Part shown: positions 10,609 to 19,888 of the stretch, one piece after another
Numbering within the stretch: position 1 is the stretch's first letter
Layout of the letters: every line of letters starts with the position of its first letter
Program-made: the position numbers and the translations under genes
Notes under the pieces: model-generated
What the model was told of the DNA's origin: nothing
The model's database searches: none
What the model saw: only the letters and a program-made list of their open reading frames with translations
Source: Candidatus Kerfeldbacteria bacterium
GTDB taxonomy: Bacteria > Patescibacteriota > Patescibacteriia > UBA9570 > XYC2-FULL-38-9
DNA length: 58,352 nucleotides
Assembly (NCBI GenBank): GCA_018500015.2
Contig: JAHBAR020000015.1
Span: 1 to 58,352 of the forward strand
Direction of reading: 5' to 3'

Positions 10609-11011
10609 TGGTGGAGATGGTGGGCCTCACACCCACGTCTTGTTCATGTATCACTCTGATCTTCATGCATAGTCAGATTTGGAGAGTTTCAACGTACTGC
10701 CGGCAAACCGACAAAGAACAGTATGTCTACATCTTGGTAAAAGTCCCGCGTGCCACAAGATATGCGCACAGCAATTCCATAGAATGGCACCGCTGATCGT
10801 CAGTATGGAAACCCGACGGGCGATGGTTGCGGTATTTCTACGCAGCAACAGCAGCCGGTGTGAGAGTGAGTGAAGCCACGAGAGCGTTCACTTTAGCTTT
10901 CAAACGACTGGTGAAGTTTGCACTTCGGAATTTGATGCTTTTGAAACGAGAGACATCAACTCGACATGCACAGAAGTGATATCAAAGAACAATCAACGAT
11001 TGGACATCCCC
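10609..11011 (-). ncRNA. ssrA: tmRNA; tag ORF 10921-10838 encodes ANFTSRLKAKVNALVASLTLTPAAVAA*
   Basis: 5' GGGGATG pairs with 3' CATCTCC-ACCA with G3-U70; internal GCA-resume ORF ending in AA*; immediately downstream of smpB. Confidence 0.95.
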
Positions 11012-11050
11012 GGACAAGAAAAAACAGCGTTTTTTAGAGTCCGCGGATGT

Positions 11051-11491
11051 TTATCTGTACTTGAGCGCGCGCGCAATATCGCGCTCCGCCTCACGTTTTT
11101 TGATTAACTGACGCTTGTCGTGCTGTTTTAAACCACGTGCAAGAGCAAGTGTTACCTTAATCAAACCGGACTTACTATACACATTTTTGGGTATCATTGT
11201 CAACCCTTTTTGCTCCAATTTCCCAAGGATATGGACCAGTTCTGACTTTTTGACGAGCAGCACCCGGTCGCGGTCGGGATTGTAGCCGCGTTGGTTGAGT
11301 GTTTGGTAGGCGGTGATGTGCGCTTCTTTAAGCAAAAGCTGACCGTTTTCGATGGAGCAATATGACCCGCGAAGGCTCATTGCACCTTTTTTGACGCTTT
11401 TGACCTCAGCTCCTGTTAATACAATGCCAGCCGTGTATTCGTCTTCTACGGTGTATCTGGAAAGCCCCTCTTTGTTCACAATCAAATCCAT
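11051..11491 (-). CDS. smpB: SsrA-binding protein
   Basis: AGIVLTGAEVKSVK, LALARGLKQHDKR. Confidence 0.97.
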   Translation of the reverse strand: MDLIVNKEGLSRYTVEDEYTAGIVLTGAEVKSVKKGAMSLRGSYCSIENGQLLLKEAHITAYQTLNQRGYNPDRDRVLLVKKSELVHILGKLEQKGLTMIPKNVYSKSGLIKVTLALARGLKQHDKRQLIKKREAERDIARALKYR

Positions 11492-11527
11492 AGACTATAC
11501 CTTAGCGTAGAGAGATTGTTTTGTCAT

Positions 11528-11622
11528 TAAACAGCGGGTGACGCCGGAGCAGGGACCCTGTCCGCACGGAGCCGTAGGCGAGTACGGACGGGGTGCGTAG
11601 TGCGGCAGGACCCGCGTGTTTA
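11528..11622. repeat. Structured intergenic repeat, family R2 copy 1
   Basis: CAGCGGGTGACGCCGGAGCAGGGACCCTG...GAGTACGGACGGGGTGCGTAGTGCGGCAGGACCCGCGTG; near-identical at 23890 and inverted at 45404. Confidence 0.92.
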
Positions 11623-11655
11623 CTCGTAATCATTTCTCAAGTATCATATCTTCTG

Positions 11656-13413
11656 ATGAAAAAATATTTTCGAGCGCATCCGGTGCGCTTAGCGTTGATT
11701 GTTGTCGCACTGCTGCAACTTGTGTACGGCGCATATTTTGCATGGAACGATTCCGCAACAGTTGATGAAGTCGCGCACATTGGTGATGGATACGCCGTTG
11801 TCGCGCACCAAGATAATCGATTGAATCCTGAACATCCGCCGCTGTTAAAAGCCCTTGCTGGTATGATGGTCGCTGCACAATTTCCAAACGATATTGTTGG
11901 AACAAGTTCATGGGCTGAGCACAATCAGTGGGGAGCAGGGAGAGAGTTGTTGTATTGGCAAGACAACAATGCCAACTGGCTGCTGTTTGCCGGACGCATG
12001 CCAACCGTTGTTGCCTCAGTTATATTTTGTGTGATGTTGTTTGGTTTGGCGCGAGAATTTTTTTCTATGCGCACGTCGTTGATCGTGTACGGTCTCGCAG
12101 TTCTTTTTCCAGATGTGCTTGGTCACGGGCATTTCATCACAACAGACATCATGGCGGCGCTTGGGTATACAACGGTATTGTGGGTGTATGTGCGCATGTT
12201 GAAGAAAAAATCAAAAAAAATTTGGCCGCTGGTGCTTGCGATGACATTTGCGCAGCTGTGTAAATTTTCTTCGGTGCTGTTGTTTGCTATTGTCCCGCTG
12301 ATTGGATTGATGTGGCGCAAGTGGAGTGACCGCACATCTTTTGGTTCCGCTTTTCTCACCACCGTGCGTGAAAGTGCAAGCGTGATTCCGTTGACGTTCC
12401 TGCTTGTGTGGATCGTCTATATTCCCGTGACGTGGAATATGTCACAGGGTTTGCTTGACACGCTGATTAGCTCTAACCTCTCCTATATCGATTCCCATTT
12501 TTATTGGGTCTTTAATGTGCTACATGCTTTGGCGAGCAACCCATTTACTAAGCCGTTGTGTGATTATGTGCTTGGTGTTGCGATGGTTGTGCTCCGCGTT
12601 GAAGGCGGAAACAATACATTTATTTTTGGGCAGATGAACATGCACGGCATCTGGTGGTTTTTTCCAATTGCGTGGCTTGTGAAAACGCCGATTGGTTTGA
12701 TTGCGCTCTATGCTACAGGAATTTTTGCAGCCATACAATTACGTGTAAAAAAAGAGATACTGTTTGTCGCAGGTGCAGTGCTGTGTGTGTATTGGGGATT
12801 TACACTCAAAGGCTCACTTAACTTGGGGACGCGGCATTTGTTGCCGACGATCTCTTCACTTCTGTTGATTGTTGGATACGCGTTTGAAGCGCTGTGGAGT
12901 CGCACTCGTGGATGGAAAATATTTTTGAGCGCGATGACGGCATGGGCCGTGGTGAGCGTCGTGCTTAATGCCGCACACCCGCTTGCGTATATGAACGAAG
13001 TATCACTCTTTGTTCCGCGCAATGACATTTTGGTCGACTCCTCGCTTGACTGGGGGCAGGATTTGAAACGTCTCGCTGCATATGTGCGCAAAAATAATAT
13101 TGACGACATTAAAGTTGATTATTTTGGTGGCGGCGACACATTACGCGAAATACCAAACGCGACATTGTGGCATGTGGAATATGGCCCAACAACGGGCTAC
13201 CTTGCTGTTTCCGCAACCTTTTTGCCATTCTCTCACATGTATGGTGTGAAAGAAGGGAAGTGGTCATATGATTGGTTGAAAGAGTTCACGCCTATTGCTA
13301 CCATCGGTCACTCTATTTTGGTGTACCACATCACCGAACAAGATTTTATAGATCATCCTCCAACGTCTCCATACCCGCTCGTCCAACCCGCGTGGATTCC
13401 TCCTGTACAGTAA
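11656..13413 (+). CDS. GT-C integral membrane glycosyltransferase (ArnT/PMT, GT39/83-like)
   Basis: SATVDEVAH, NPEHPPLLK, LCKFS, DSSLDWGQDL; many TM segments. Confidence 0.85.
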   Translation: MKKYFRAHPVRLALIVVALLQLVYGAYFAWNDSATVDEVAHIGDGYAVVAHQDNRLNPEHPPLLKALAGMMVAAQFPNDIVGTSSWAEHNQWGAGRELLYWQDNNANWLLFAGRMPTVVASVIFCVMLFGLAREFFSMRTSLIVYGLAVLFPDVLGHGHFITTDIMAALGYTTVLWVYVRMLKKKSKKIWPLVLAMTFAQLCKFSSVLLFAIVPLIGLMWRKWSDRTSFGSAFLTTVRESASVIPLTFLLVWIVYIPVTWNMSQGLLDTLISSNLSYIDSHFYWVFNVLHALASNPFTKPLCDYVLGVAMVVLRVEGGNNTFIFGQMNMHGIWWFFPIAWLVKTPIGLIALYATGIFAAIQLRVKKEILFVAGAVLCVYWGFTLKGSLNLGTRHLLPTISSLLLIVGYAFEALWSRTRGWKIFLSAMTAWAVVSVVLNAAHPLAYMNEVSLFVPRNDILVDSSLDWGQDLKRLAAYVRKNNIDDIKVDYFGGGDTLREIPNATLWHVEYGPTTGYLAVSATFLPFSHMYGVKEGKWSYDWLKEFTPIATIGHSILVYHITEQDFIDHPPTSPYPLVQPAWIPPVQ

Positions 13414-14341
13414 TTTTTTTTCGAAATACCGCAACGAACATCGGATCAAGATGGTCTTTGTCGGGAAAAATGCGAATGAGCTTTGATGCTATTTCATGTG
13501 AGACGATAGGAAGTCCGTTGCTTCCCGTTGCATTGAAGTAGTCATGTGCATTGAGCAATTCGATATGCTCTCCGCGCTTGTTAAGAAATTTTGCAACGAC
13601 GATCTCATTCTCTTCAGGCGCTAGTGAACAGGTTGAGTAGAGGAGCACGCCACCGGGTTTGAGTGCAAGAAGAAGTCCCCCGAGCAATGCGAGTTGTCGA
13701 AATTGCATCTGCTTTACGCGGTTTGGCGACCACTCACTTAAATGTTTTTCGCTTGCCATAACGTGGGCTTCTGAGCTGCACGGCGCGTCGAGAAGAATGC
13801 CGTCGTAGTGATCAGGAAATTTTTTGAACAGTGTTTCGGCTTGAGATTTTTGAGTGCGAATGTCTTCGTAATGGTATTGATTGAGTGTTGCGCGCAGGCG
13901 ACCAAGACGATCGGCGGACAATTCATTTGCGGTAATGTGAGCGTTTGGCATCTCTTCTGCAAGCACGAGCGTTTTCCCGCCGGGTGCTGCACACGCGTCA
14001 AGAATTTTTACATCTACCCCTTTTTGGATCAGATCCGAAAGTGCGCGAGAAAGCACAAGAGGAGGAATGAGTGAAGAAGCATTCATGGCGTAGAGTAGAC
14101 CTTCTGTAATCCCCGGTACTGTTTCTCCAAATGGAAGTTCTTTTGGCCAGAGTGCGGCGTGCGCATACCACGGCAGGGTTTCAAAAGAGAAATGATGTTG
14201 TGCAAAAAGCTCCCTCACCTTTTCTTTGTGCGTAGAAGCAAAACGTAACATAGGTAGATGATGTTTCAACAGCGCAGCACGCATCTGCGGCCACGCTGTG
14301 CCAAAATGTTCAGCATAAAATTGTTCAAAGCGTTCGTTCAT
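13346..14341 (-). CDS. RsmB/RsmF (NOL1/NOP2) family RNA m5C methyltransferase
   Basis: ILDACAAPGGKT, ILLDAPCS, YSTCSLAPEENE. Confidence 0.92.
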   Translation of the reverse strand: MNERFEQFYAEHFGTAWPQMRAALLKHHLPMLRFASTHKEKVRELFAQHHFSFETLPWYAHAALWPKELPFGETVPGITEGLLYAMNASSLIPPLVLSRALSDLIQKGVDVKILDACAAPGGKTLVLAEEMPNAHITANELSADRLGRLRATLNQYHYEDIRTQKSQAETLFKKFPDHYDGILLDAPCSSEAHVMASEKHLSEWSPNRVKQMQFRQLALLGGLLLALKPGGVLLYSTCSLAPEENEIVVAKFLNKRGEHIELLNAHDYFNATGSNGLPIVSHEIASKLIRIFPDKDHLDPMFVAVFRKKITVQEESTRVGRAGMETLEDDL

Positions 14342-15264
14342 AGCGGGAGATGATAGCGTTTACCTTTTTGCTCAACCATCTTATCAGCGATCAGTGTGTG
14401 CAAAACACTCTTGAGCCACTCTTTGCGCTCCACTGAAAAATCATTCTGAATTGCGTTGCCGATTTCCACAAGTGATGCACCATTTTTTTGTTGGCGTGGT
14501 GTGTGTAAAAATTTCAAAATTTTGCCGCGCCAAATTCTCCGTGGCTCGCCGAAGTATATTTTTTCGTTCGTTTTTTTTGTGACGCGCAAGTGTTTTGGCT
14601 GTGCGCTGAGAATTTCTGGATACGAGTTACACATGTTTTGAAAGGGGCACGCCTCGCACTTTGGTTTTTTTGCAACGCACACCACAGCACCAAAATCCAT
14701 GATGGCTTGATTAAAATTGTAGTGGTCTTTTTTTGGTGTGGCCGCATGCGCAAGCGCCCAGTACTCTTTTTCGGTAAGTGAGAGTGTGTGTTTAAACGAA
14801 ACAAAAATTCGCGAAAGCACGCGACGCACATTGGTTTCCACAATTGGTTCGGATGTTTCAAACGCAAAGTTCATCACTGCGCGCGCAGTGTATGGGCCAA
14901 TGCCCGGTAATGACATCAGCGCATCAATGCTATTGGGAAAAATACCACCATATGTTTTTGTGACCTCTTTTGCCATGCGATGCAGAAATTGCGCTCGGCG
15001 ATTGTACCCAAGGCCTTGCCATTCACCCAACACTTCTCGAGTCGAAGCAGAGGCGAGTGTTTGCACATTTGGAAATTTTTTCATCCACGCACGGTATTTT
15101 GGAATGACACGATCAACTTGCGTTTGTTGTAGCATGAGCTCAGAGACAATAACCGTATAGGGATCGCGCGTTTTGCGCCACGGTAAATCGCGCGCAGCAG
15201 AGGCGTACCATGTAAGCAGCGCGCTGCGGAATTTTTTTACAGCATGCGGAGAAAGAGAGGACAT
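14338..15264 (-). CDS. mutY: A/G-specific adenine glycosylase (short form)
   Basis: RDLPWR, VSELMLQQTQV, WQGLGYNRRA, HhH LPGIGPYTA, 4Fe-4S CVAKKPKCEACPFQNMC. Confidence 0.93.
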   Translation of the reverse strand: MSSLSPHAVKKFRSALLTWYASAARDLPWRKTRDPYTVIVSELMLQQTQVDRVIPKYRAWMKKFPNVQTLASASTREVLGEWQGLGYNRRAQFLHRMAKEVTKTYGGIFPNSIDALMSLPGIGPYTARAVMNFAFETSEPIVETNVRRVLSRIFVSFKHTLSLTEKEYWALAHAATPKKDHYNFNQAIMDFGAVVCVAKKPKCEACPFQNMCNSYPEILSAQPKHLRVTKKTNEKIYFGEPRRIWRGKILKFLHTPRQQKNGASLVEIGNAIQNDFSVERKEWLKSVLHTLIADKMVEQKGKRYHLPL

Positions 15265-15279
15265 CTCACAATTGTATCA

Positions 15280-15462
15280 CATGCGTTCATATATGAGCGC
15301 AATGCGCCGGAGTTCGAGCTTGAGCGCGACTGAGGCGTACTGGAACGTACGTCGAAGGAGACGCGAGAGCGAACGACAAGCCCGAAGATACGTCGTTCGC
15401 GAACGACGTATCGAAGGGTCGACCGGCTTTGCCGGCGACAGAGCGCCAGATATGGACGCATG
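15280..15462. repeat. Structured intergenic repeat, family R3 copy 2 (with 26-bp perfect palindrome)
   Basis: Outer stem CATGCGTTCATAT/ATATGGACGCATG; CGTAC-N6-GTACG core; GATACGTCGTTCGCGAACGACGTATC at 15387-15412. Confidence 0.85.
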
Positions 15463-15491
15463 GTTCAAAAGAGAGGTATACTTTCGAGCAT

Positions 15492-16457
15492 ATGACTCAA
15501 CTTCCTACGCCAAAGAAAAAATCGTTGTGGAAACGCCCATGGTTGTGGGCACTTCTCGCTATTATCATTATTGTTTCATCTGTTGCCATGCTTGCAATGC
15601 GCAGCTTTACAGAGAACAAGAAAAAAAGCCTTTCATACCTTGAACAAACAGTTACAGTCTCAACCGGAGACCTTGAGCGCACTATTTCCGCCACAGGCTC
15701 TGTAGTGGTCGATGCTCAGCAGCCTCTGTTTCCTGCTATCGTTGGTACTGTCAAAGAGGTGAAGGTGGCGGTTGGGGATCTTGTGGCCAAAGATCAGGTG
15801 CTTGTAACTCTCAACTCCTCAGAGATCATCGCGCCGTTCGATGGTAGGGTCTTATCATTGAGTGCATTTGATGGAGGTTCGGTGAGCCCTGCAGCACCTG
15901 TTGCTGTGGTTGGCTACCGCTCTACTCATGTGGAGTTTATGGCCTCTGATGCCGAAGTGGTGGAGCTTGAAAAAGGACAAGAAGCGCACCTATCCATCCC
16001 TTCAATCAATGGCGGAAGAGAGTCATACACAGCCTCAGTGCATTTTGTAGATGTGCAAAAAACAACGAGCCTCAACTCGTTTGGTGGTCAGCAAGCGGTT
16101 TCCGGATACCTTGTGAAAGTGAGCGCCGACTCTCTTCCAGAAGAGCTACGCAACCGTATCGGCTTGGTTGTTGATGTTGAGATTGTGACCGATACAGTTT
16201 CGCAAAAAACTCGTGTTGATTCATCGGCTATTCAATACACAGATGAAGACAAGCCGTTTGTATACCGCGCTCCCGAACTCACTGAAGAGTTTTATGCACA
16301 AGCGATGAGCGCCGCTGAGATTACCGATATTCTCGAAAAGGTAGAGGTGACTGTTGGTTTTGAGGGCGACGACGCTGTAGAAATTCTTTCTGGCCTTTCT
16401 GTTGACGAAAAGGTATTGCTCTACGTACCAAAAGAAACTGCAACTTCACCATTCTAA
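15492..16457 (+). CDS. Periplasmic adaptor (MacA/HlyD-like) of an ABC exporter
   Basis: N-terminal TM, GDLERTISATGSV, IIAPFDGRV, VTVGFEGDDAVEILSGL; upstream of ABC ATPase and permease. Confidence 0.88.
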   Translation: MTQLPTPKKKSLWKRPWLWALLAIIIIVSSVAMLAMRSFTENKKKSLSYLEQTVTVSTGDLERTISATGSVVVDAQQPLFPAIVGTVKEVKVAVGDLVAKDQVLVTLNSSEIIAPFDGRVLSLSAFDGGSVSPAAPVAVVGYRSTHVEFMASDAEVVELEKGQEAHLSIPSINGGRESYTASVHFVDVQKTTSLNSFGGQQAVSGYLVKVSADSLPEELRNRIGLVVDVEIVTDTVSQKTRVDSSAIQYTDEDKPFVYRAPELTEEFYAQAMSAAEITDILEKVEVTVGFEGDDAVEILSGLSVDEKVLLYVPKETATSPF

Positions 16458-16461
16458 ACCT

Positions 16462-17142
16462 ATGAGCACTGTAGGAGTTCCGCTCATTCGTTTGGAGCAT
16501 ATTGCAAAGTCATATGACCTTGGTGAGGTGACTGTTCACGCTCTTCGCGACATTTCCCTCACTATTAATGAAGGGGAGTTTGTCGCACTGATGGGTCCTT
16601 CAGGATCTGGTAAGTCCACACTGATGAATGTGCTTGCATTTTTAGATAGTCCTACGCAAGGCAGCTATCAATTTTCTGGTACAAACATCGAAAGTTTTGA
16701 CGAAGAGTATCTTGCTGATTTGCGTAACACAGTAATCGGATTTGTATTTCAACAATTTCATTTGCTTCCGCGCACCACAGCACTTGATAATGTGCGTTTG
16801 CCTATGCAGTACGCAGGAGTGAAAAAAGCTGAGCAGATCGAACGCGCTCAAGCCGCTATTGAGAAGGTCGGCCTTGGTTCGCGCATGTACCACAAACCCA
16901 ACGAACTCTCCGGCGGTCAGCAGCAACGCGTTTCAATTGCGCGTGCATTGGTCAACAATCCTAAAGTGTTATTTTGTGACGAGCCCACGGGAAATTTAGA
17001 CTCCAAAACATCTGTTGAGGTGATGAATATTTTATCCGCGCTTCACACAGAAGGGAAGACGATTATTATGGTAACGCATGAGCATGATATTGCTGAATTT
17101 GCTCAGCGCACTATTCACATTAAAGATGGAGAAATCATATGA
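16462..17142 (+). CDS. ABC transporter ATP-binding protein (MacB/LolD-like)
   Basis: Walker A GPSGSGKST, LSGGQQQRV, DEPTGNLD. Confidence 0.96.
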   Translation: MSTVGVPLIRLEHIAKSYDLGEVTVHALRDISLTINEGEFVALMGPSGSGKSTLMNVLAFLDSPTQGSYQFSGTNIESFDEEYLADLRNTVIGFVFQQFHLLPRTTALDNVRLPMQYAGVKKAEQIERAQAAIEKVGLGSRMYHKPNELSGGQQQRVSIARALVNNPKVLFCDEPTGNLDSKTSVEVMNILSALHTEGKTIIMVTHEHDIAEFAQRTIHIKDGEII

Positions 17143-18383
17143 TGGTACATGTTCACATTCTCACCGCACTGCGCCAGCTCACGATCAACAAAGGTCGTTC
17201 TCTCCTCACAATGCTTGGAATCATTATTGGTATTGGCTCTGTGATTTTTATTATTACTGTTGGAGAGGTGGCGAAAAATTTTCTTATCTCTCAAATTTCA
17301 CAATTTGGTACAAACGTTCTTGAAATTTCACCCACAGGTGAGCTTGGGCCGGTGAGTGGGGACGGGGGTGTTGTTGTACGCACAAGCACACTTCAGGCTT
17401 TGGAAGATTCCCCGCTGCTTCCTGACCTCGAAGCTCTTTCGGGTTGGTATGGCGCGCAAGGTACTCTGGAATACAATGGTGAACAAGAAGGGGTGAGTGC
17501 ATTTGGTGTTGAAAAAGAGGCGTTTAGTATTAACAACTTTACTCCTGTTGCGGGTAGGGTGCTGAGCGATGCCGATGTGTTGCAAGAGTCGCGCGTTGTG
17601 GTGATTGGTACACAGCTGGCCGAGAAGTTATTTGATTCCGCTCAAAACGCTGTGCACAAAGAGGTGAAAATCAATAGCGTGCGTTTTGAAATTGTCGGTG
17701 TGCTTGAAGATGTCCCGCTTGGTGGAGGATTCTTGGGTGAGACGGTGTATGTGCCGCTTTCTACAGTGTATCGAGAGTTTGCGCCGTCAGAAGATGTTGG
17801 CACTGTCTCGGTGATCTTAATTCAGTTCGCGCAAGGTACAAATGTTGCGTCATTTAAAGAACGTATCAAAGTAGAGCTCAAGCGTTTGCTCTATCTTTCT
17901 GATGAAGAGATAGACAGCGCATTTTTTATGGCTGACCGCGCAAGTTTCCTCGATATATTCAACACAATTCTCATCGGCATTCAAGCCTTTGTCAGCGCCG
18001 TTGCTGGTATCTCGCTTGTTGTTGGCGGTATAGGCATTATGAACATCATGCTCGTCACAGTGAAAGAGCGCACCAAGGAGATTGGTTTGCGCAAGGCGAT
18101 CGGCGCAAATAACTCCTCTGTGCGTACACAGTTTTTGATTGAAGCAATCATCCTCACAACCATTGGAGGGTTAATAGGTGTTGCTGGAGGGCTTACATTA
18201 AGTTTTTTTGCTGTGGTCATTGCAAACGTACTGCAACCTGATTGGGGGATTACTTTTGTCTTTGTTCCTCAGGCGATTCTCATTGCCTGTGGTGTTGCCG
18301 GCTTTGTTGGTTTGGTATTTGGATTGTATCCTGCATTTAAGGCATCAAGACTTTCTCCAATCGAAGCGCTGCGTTACGAATAG
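17139..18383 (+). CDS. ABC transporter permease (MacB/FtsX family)
   Basis: RSLLTMLGIIIGI, VGGIGIMNIMLVTVKERTKEIGLRKAIGA, PIEALRYE. Confidence 0.96.
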   Translation: MMVHVHILTALRQLTINKGRSLLTMLGIIIGIGSVIFIITVGEVAKNFLISQISQFGTNVLEISPTGELGPVSGDGGVVVRTSTLQALEDSPLLPDLEALSGWYGAQGTLEYNGEQEGVSAFGVEKEAFSINNFTPVAGRVLSDADVLQESRVVVIGTQLAEKLFDSAQNAVHKEVKINSVRFEIVGVLEDVPLGGGFLGETVYVPLSTVYREFAPSEDVGTVSVILIQFAQGTNVASFKERIKVELKRLLYLSDEEIDSAFFMADRASFLDIFNTILIGIQAFVSAVAGISLVVGGIGIMNIMLVTVKERTKEIGLRKAIGANNSSVRTQFLIEAIILTTIGGLIGVAGGLTLSFFAVVIANVLQPDWGITFVFVPQAILIACGVAGFVGLVFGLYPAFKASRLSPIEALRYE

Positions 18384-18436
18384 CGCGTAACCCCCGCGTG
18401 ACTCCTTTTTGCGTAAGAACATTAATTACAGTTTTT

Positions 18437-19828
18437 ATGCAAAAAATGAAAAAATTGAGCGCACTCGCATTGTTAGGTGCGGTGACGGTTAGCTCAACTG
18501 CAACTGCTCAAGCTTCTTCCAGTGAAGCTGGAATTCAAATTCCCCTTGTGCAGGTGAACGAGTCTGGATTTGGTGATACAGCCAACACTTCAACTCGTTT
18601 AGTGCGCATGACACCTGAGATAGGTGCGGAAGAGTCGGCGTTGTATGCAATTACCACCAACGTTAATGGTATTCAGTTGTGGAAGTCAACGAAGAAAGTT
18701 GCGCGTGAATGGGAGCAAGTTTCAAGTACAGCTCTCACACAAGATGCGACCAATGTTTCTGTTGTTGATGTCTCGCTCATGGATGAGAAGTTGTATGTGC
18801 TGGTGAATGCAGAGGATGGTTTTGAAGTGTGGCAATGGTCTGAGGAGAATGATTGGGTAAATGTATATGAACAGCATGGGAGCAATACGCTTGCCTCGAT
18901 GATGAAAAAAGCTGATGGAAAACTGTATGTTGCGAGCTATTCAACCCTTTCTGATTTTGCGCATATGTATGTGACAGCTGATGGTTCAACATGGGATGTG
19001 TTTGGCGAAGTGGGTCTTGCTGCGGATGTTGGAATGGTGACGGATGTCGCGCAGTTCAAAGGTGATATGTATGCAGTAACCGATGATGGTCGGGTGTTCC
19101 GCTCGCAAGACGATGGGCCAACATTCGTGCTTGCATATACCAGCTCTGTAGATAATGCGAGCTTCTTGGTTACGCGCAAACAGAATGGAGTGTTGTATTT
19201 TGGTGGTTCGAGTGCCTCTGGTGCGTTGTTGATGGCTACAAGCAACGGTGCTGATTTTACTACAGTTACTCAAGATGGCTTTGGCAACAGTGAAAACACA
19301 GCAGTAACACAGATCAAGCAAAAAGGTGGTCGTGTGCACGCATATATGCAAAACGGTTCAGGTTTTGAGATGTACCGCATGACCAACCCACGTGATAACT
19401 CTTCATGGGATTTGTGGATTGATGCTGGCGCAACAGATGCAGATAACACAGAGGTCACTGATGTTGTAAGTTACCGTGGTCATCGTTATTTCGCCACACA
19501 GAACAGCGTTGATGGGACACAGGTTGGTCTCCATCAACTGCGCGCTCCTCGTGTGCAGATTACCTCCCCTGAGAAAGGAAGCGCACACGCTGTTGGTGAG
19601 ATCACCTTTACCGGTACTGCTCAGCCGGGAAATAGGGTAGACCTTCGTCAAGATGACGAGACTCTGGGCACTACGATTGCCGATGAGAATGGTGAGTGGT
19701 CGATGACGATCACTGTCACTGAGGCGGGCACAGAACGCTTCCGTGTGTATGCTCAGTATCTTGATGATGAAGGTAACCCAATGGGTCGACTCAGCCACTC
19801 TCGAGCCATTTCTATCTCCATACAATAA
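18437..19828 (+). CDS. Secreted protein, probable beta-propeller plus C-terminal Ig-like domain
   Basis: Signal peptide (...ATAQA); repeated GFGDTANT/GFGNSENT and S.DG.TW blades; FTGTAQPG...ADENGEWS Ig-like tail. Confidence 0.75.
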   Translation: MQKMKKLSALALLGAVTVSSTATAQASSSEAGIQIPLVQVNESGFGDTANTSTRLVRMTPEIGAEESALYAITTNVNGIQLWKSTKKVAREWEQVSSTALTQDATNVSVVDVSLMDEKLYVLVNAEDGFEVWQWSEENDWVNVYEQHGSNTLASMMKKADGKLYVASYSTLSDFAHMYVTADGSTWDVFGEVGLAADVGMVTDVAQFKGDMYAVTDDGRVFRSQDDGPTFVLAYTSSVDNASFLVTRKQNGVLYFGGSSASGALLMATSNGADFTTVTQDGFGNSENTAVTQIKQKGGRVHAYMQNGSGFEMYRMTNPRDNSSWDLWIDAGATDADNTEVTDVVSYRGHRYFATQNSVDGTQVGLHQLRAPRVQITSPEKGSAHAVGEITFTGTAQPGNRVDLRQDDETLGTTIADENGEWSMTITVTEAGTERFRVYAQYLDDEGNPMGRLSHSRAISISIQ

Positions 19829-19830
19829 TC

Positions 19831-19858
19831 AGAAAACCCCTGAACTCAGGGGTTTTCT
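19831..19858 (+). terminator. Intrinsic terminator
   Basis: AGAAAACCCCTGA-AC-TCAGGGGTTTTCT followed by a T run. Confidence 0.85.
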
Positions 19859-19888
19859 TTTTGTGTTGATTTTGATACCCTATCAGTA

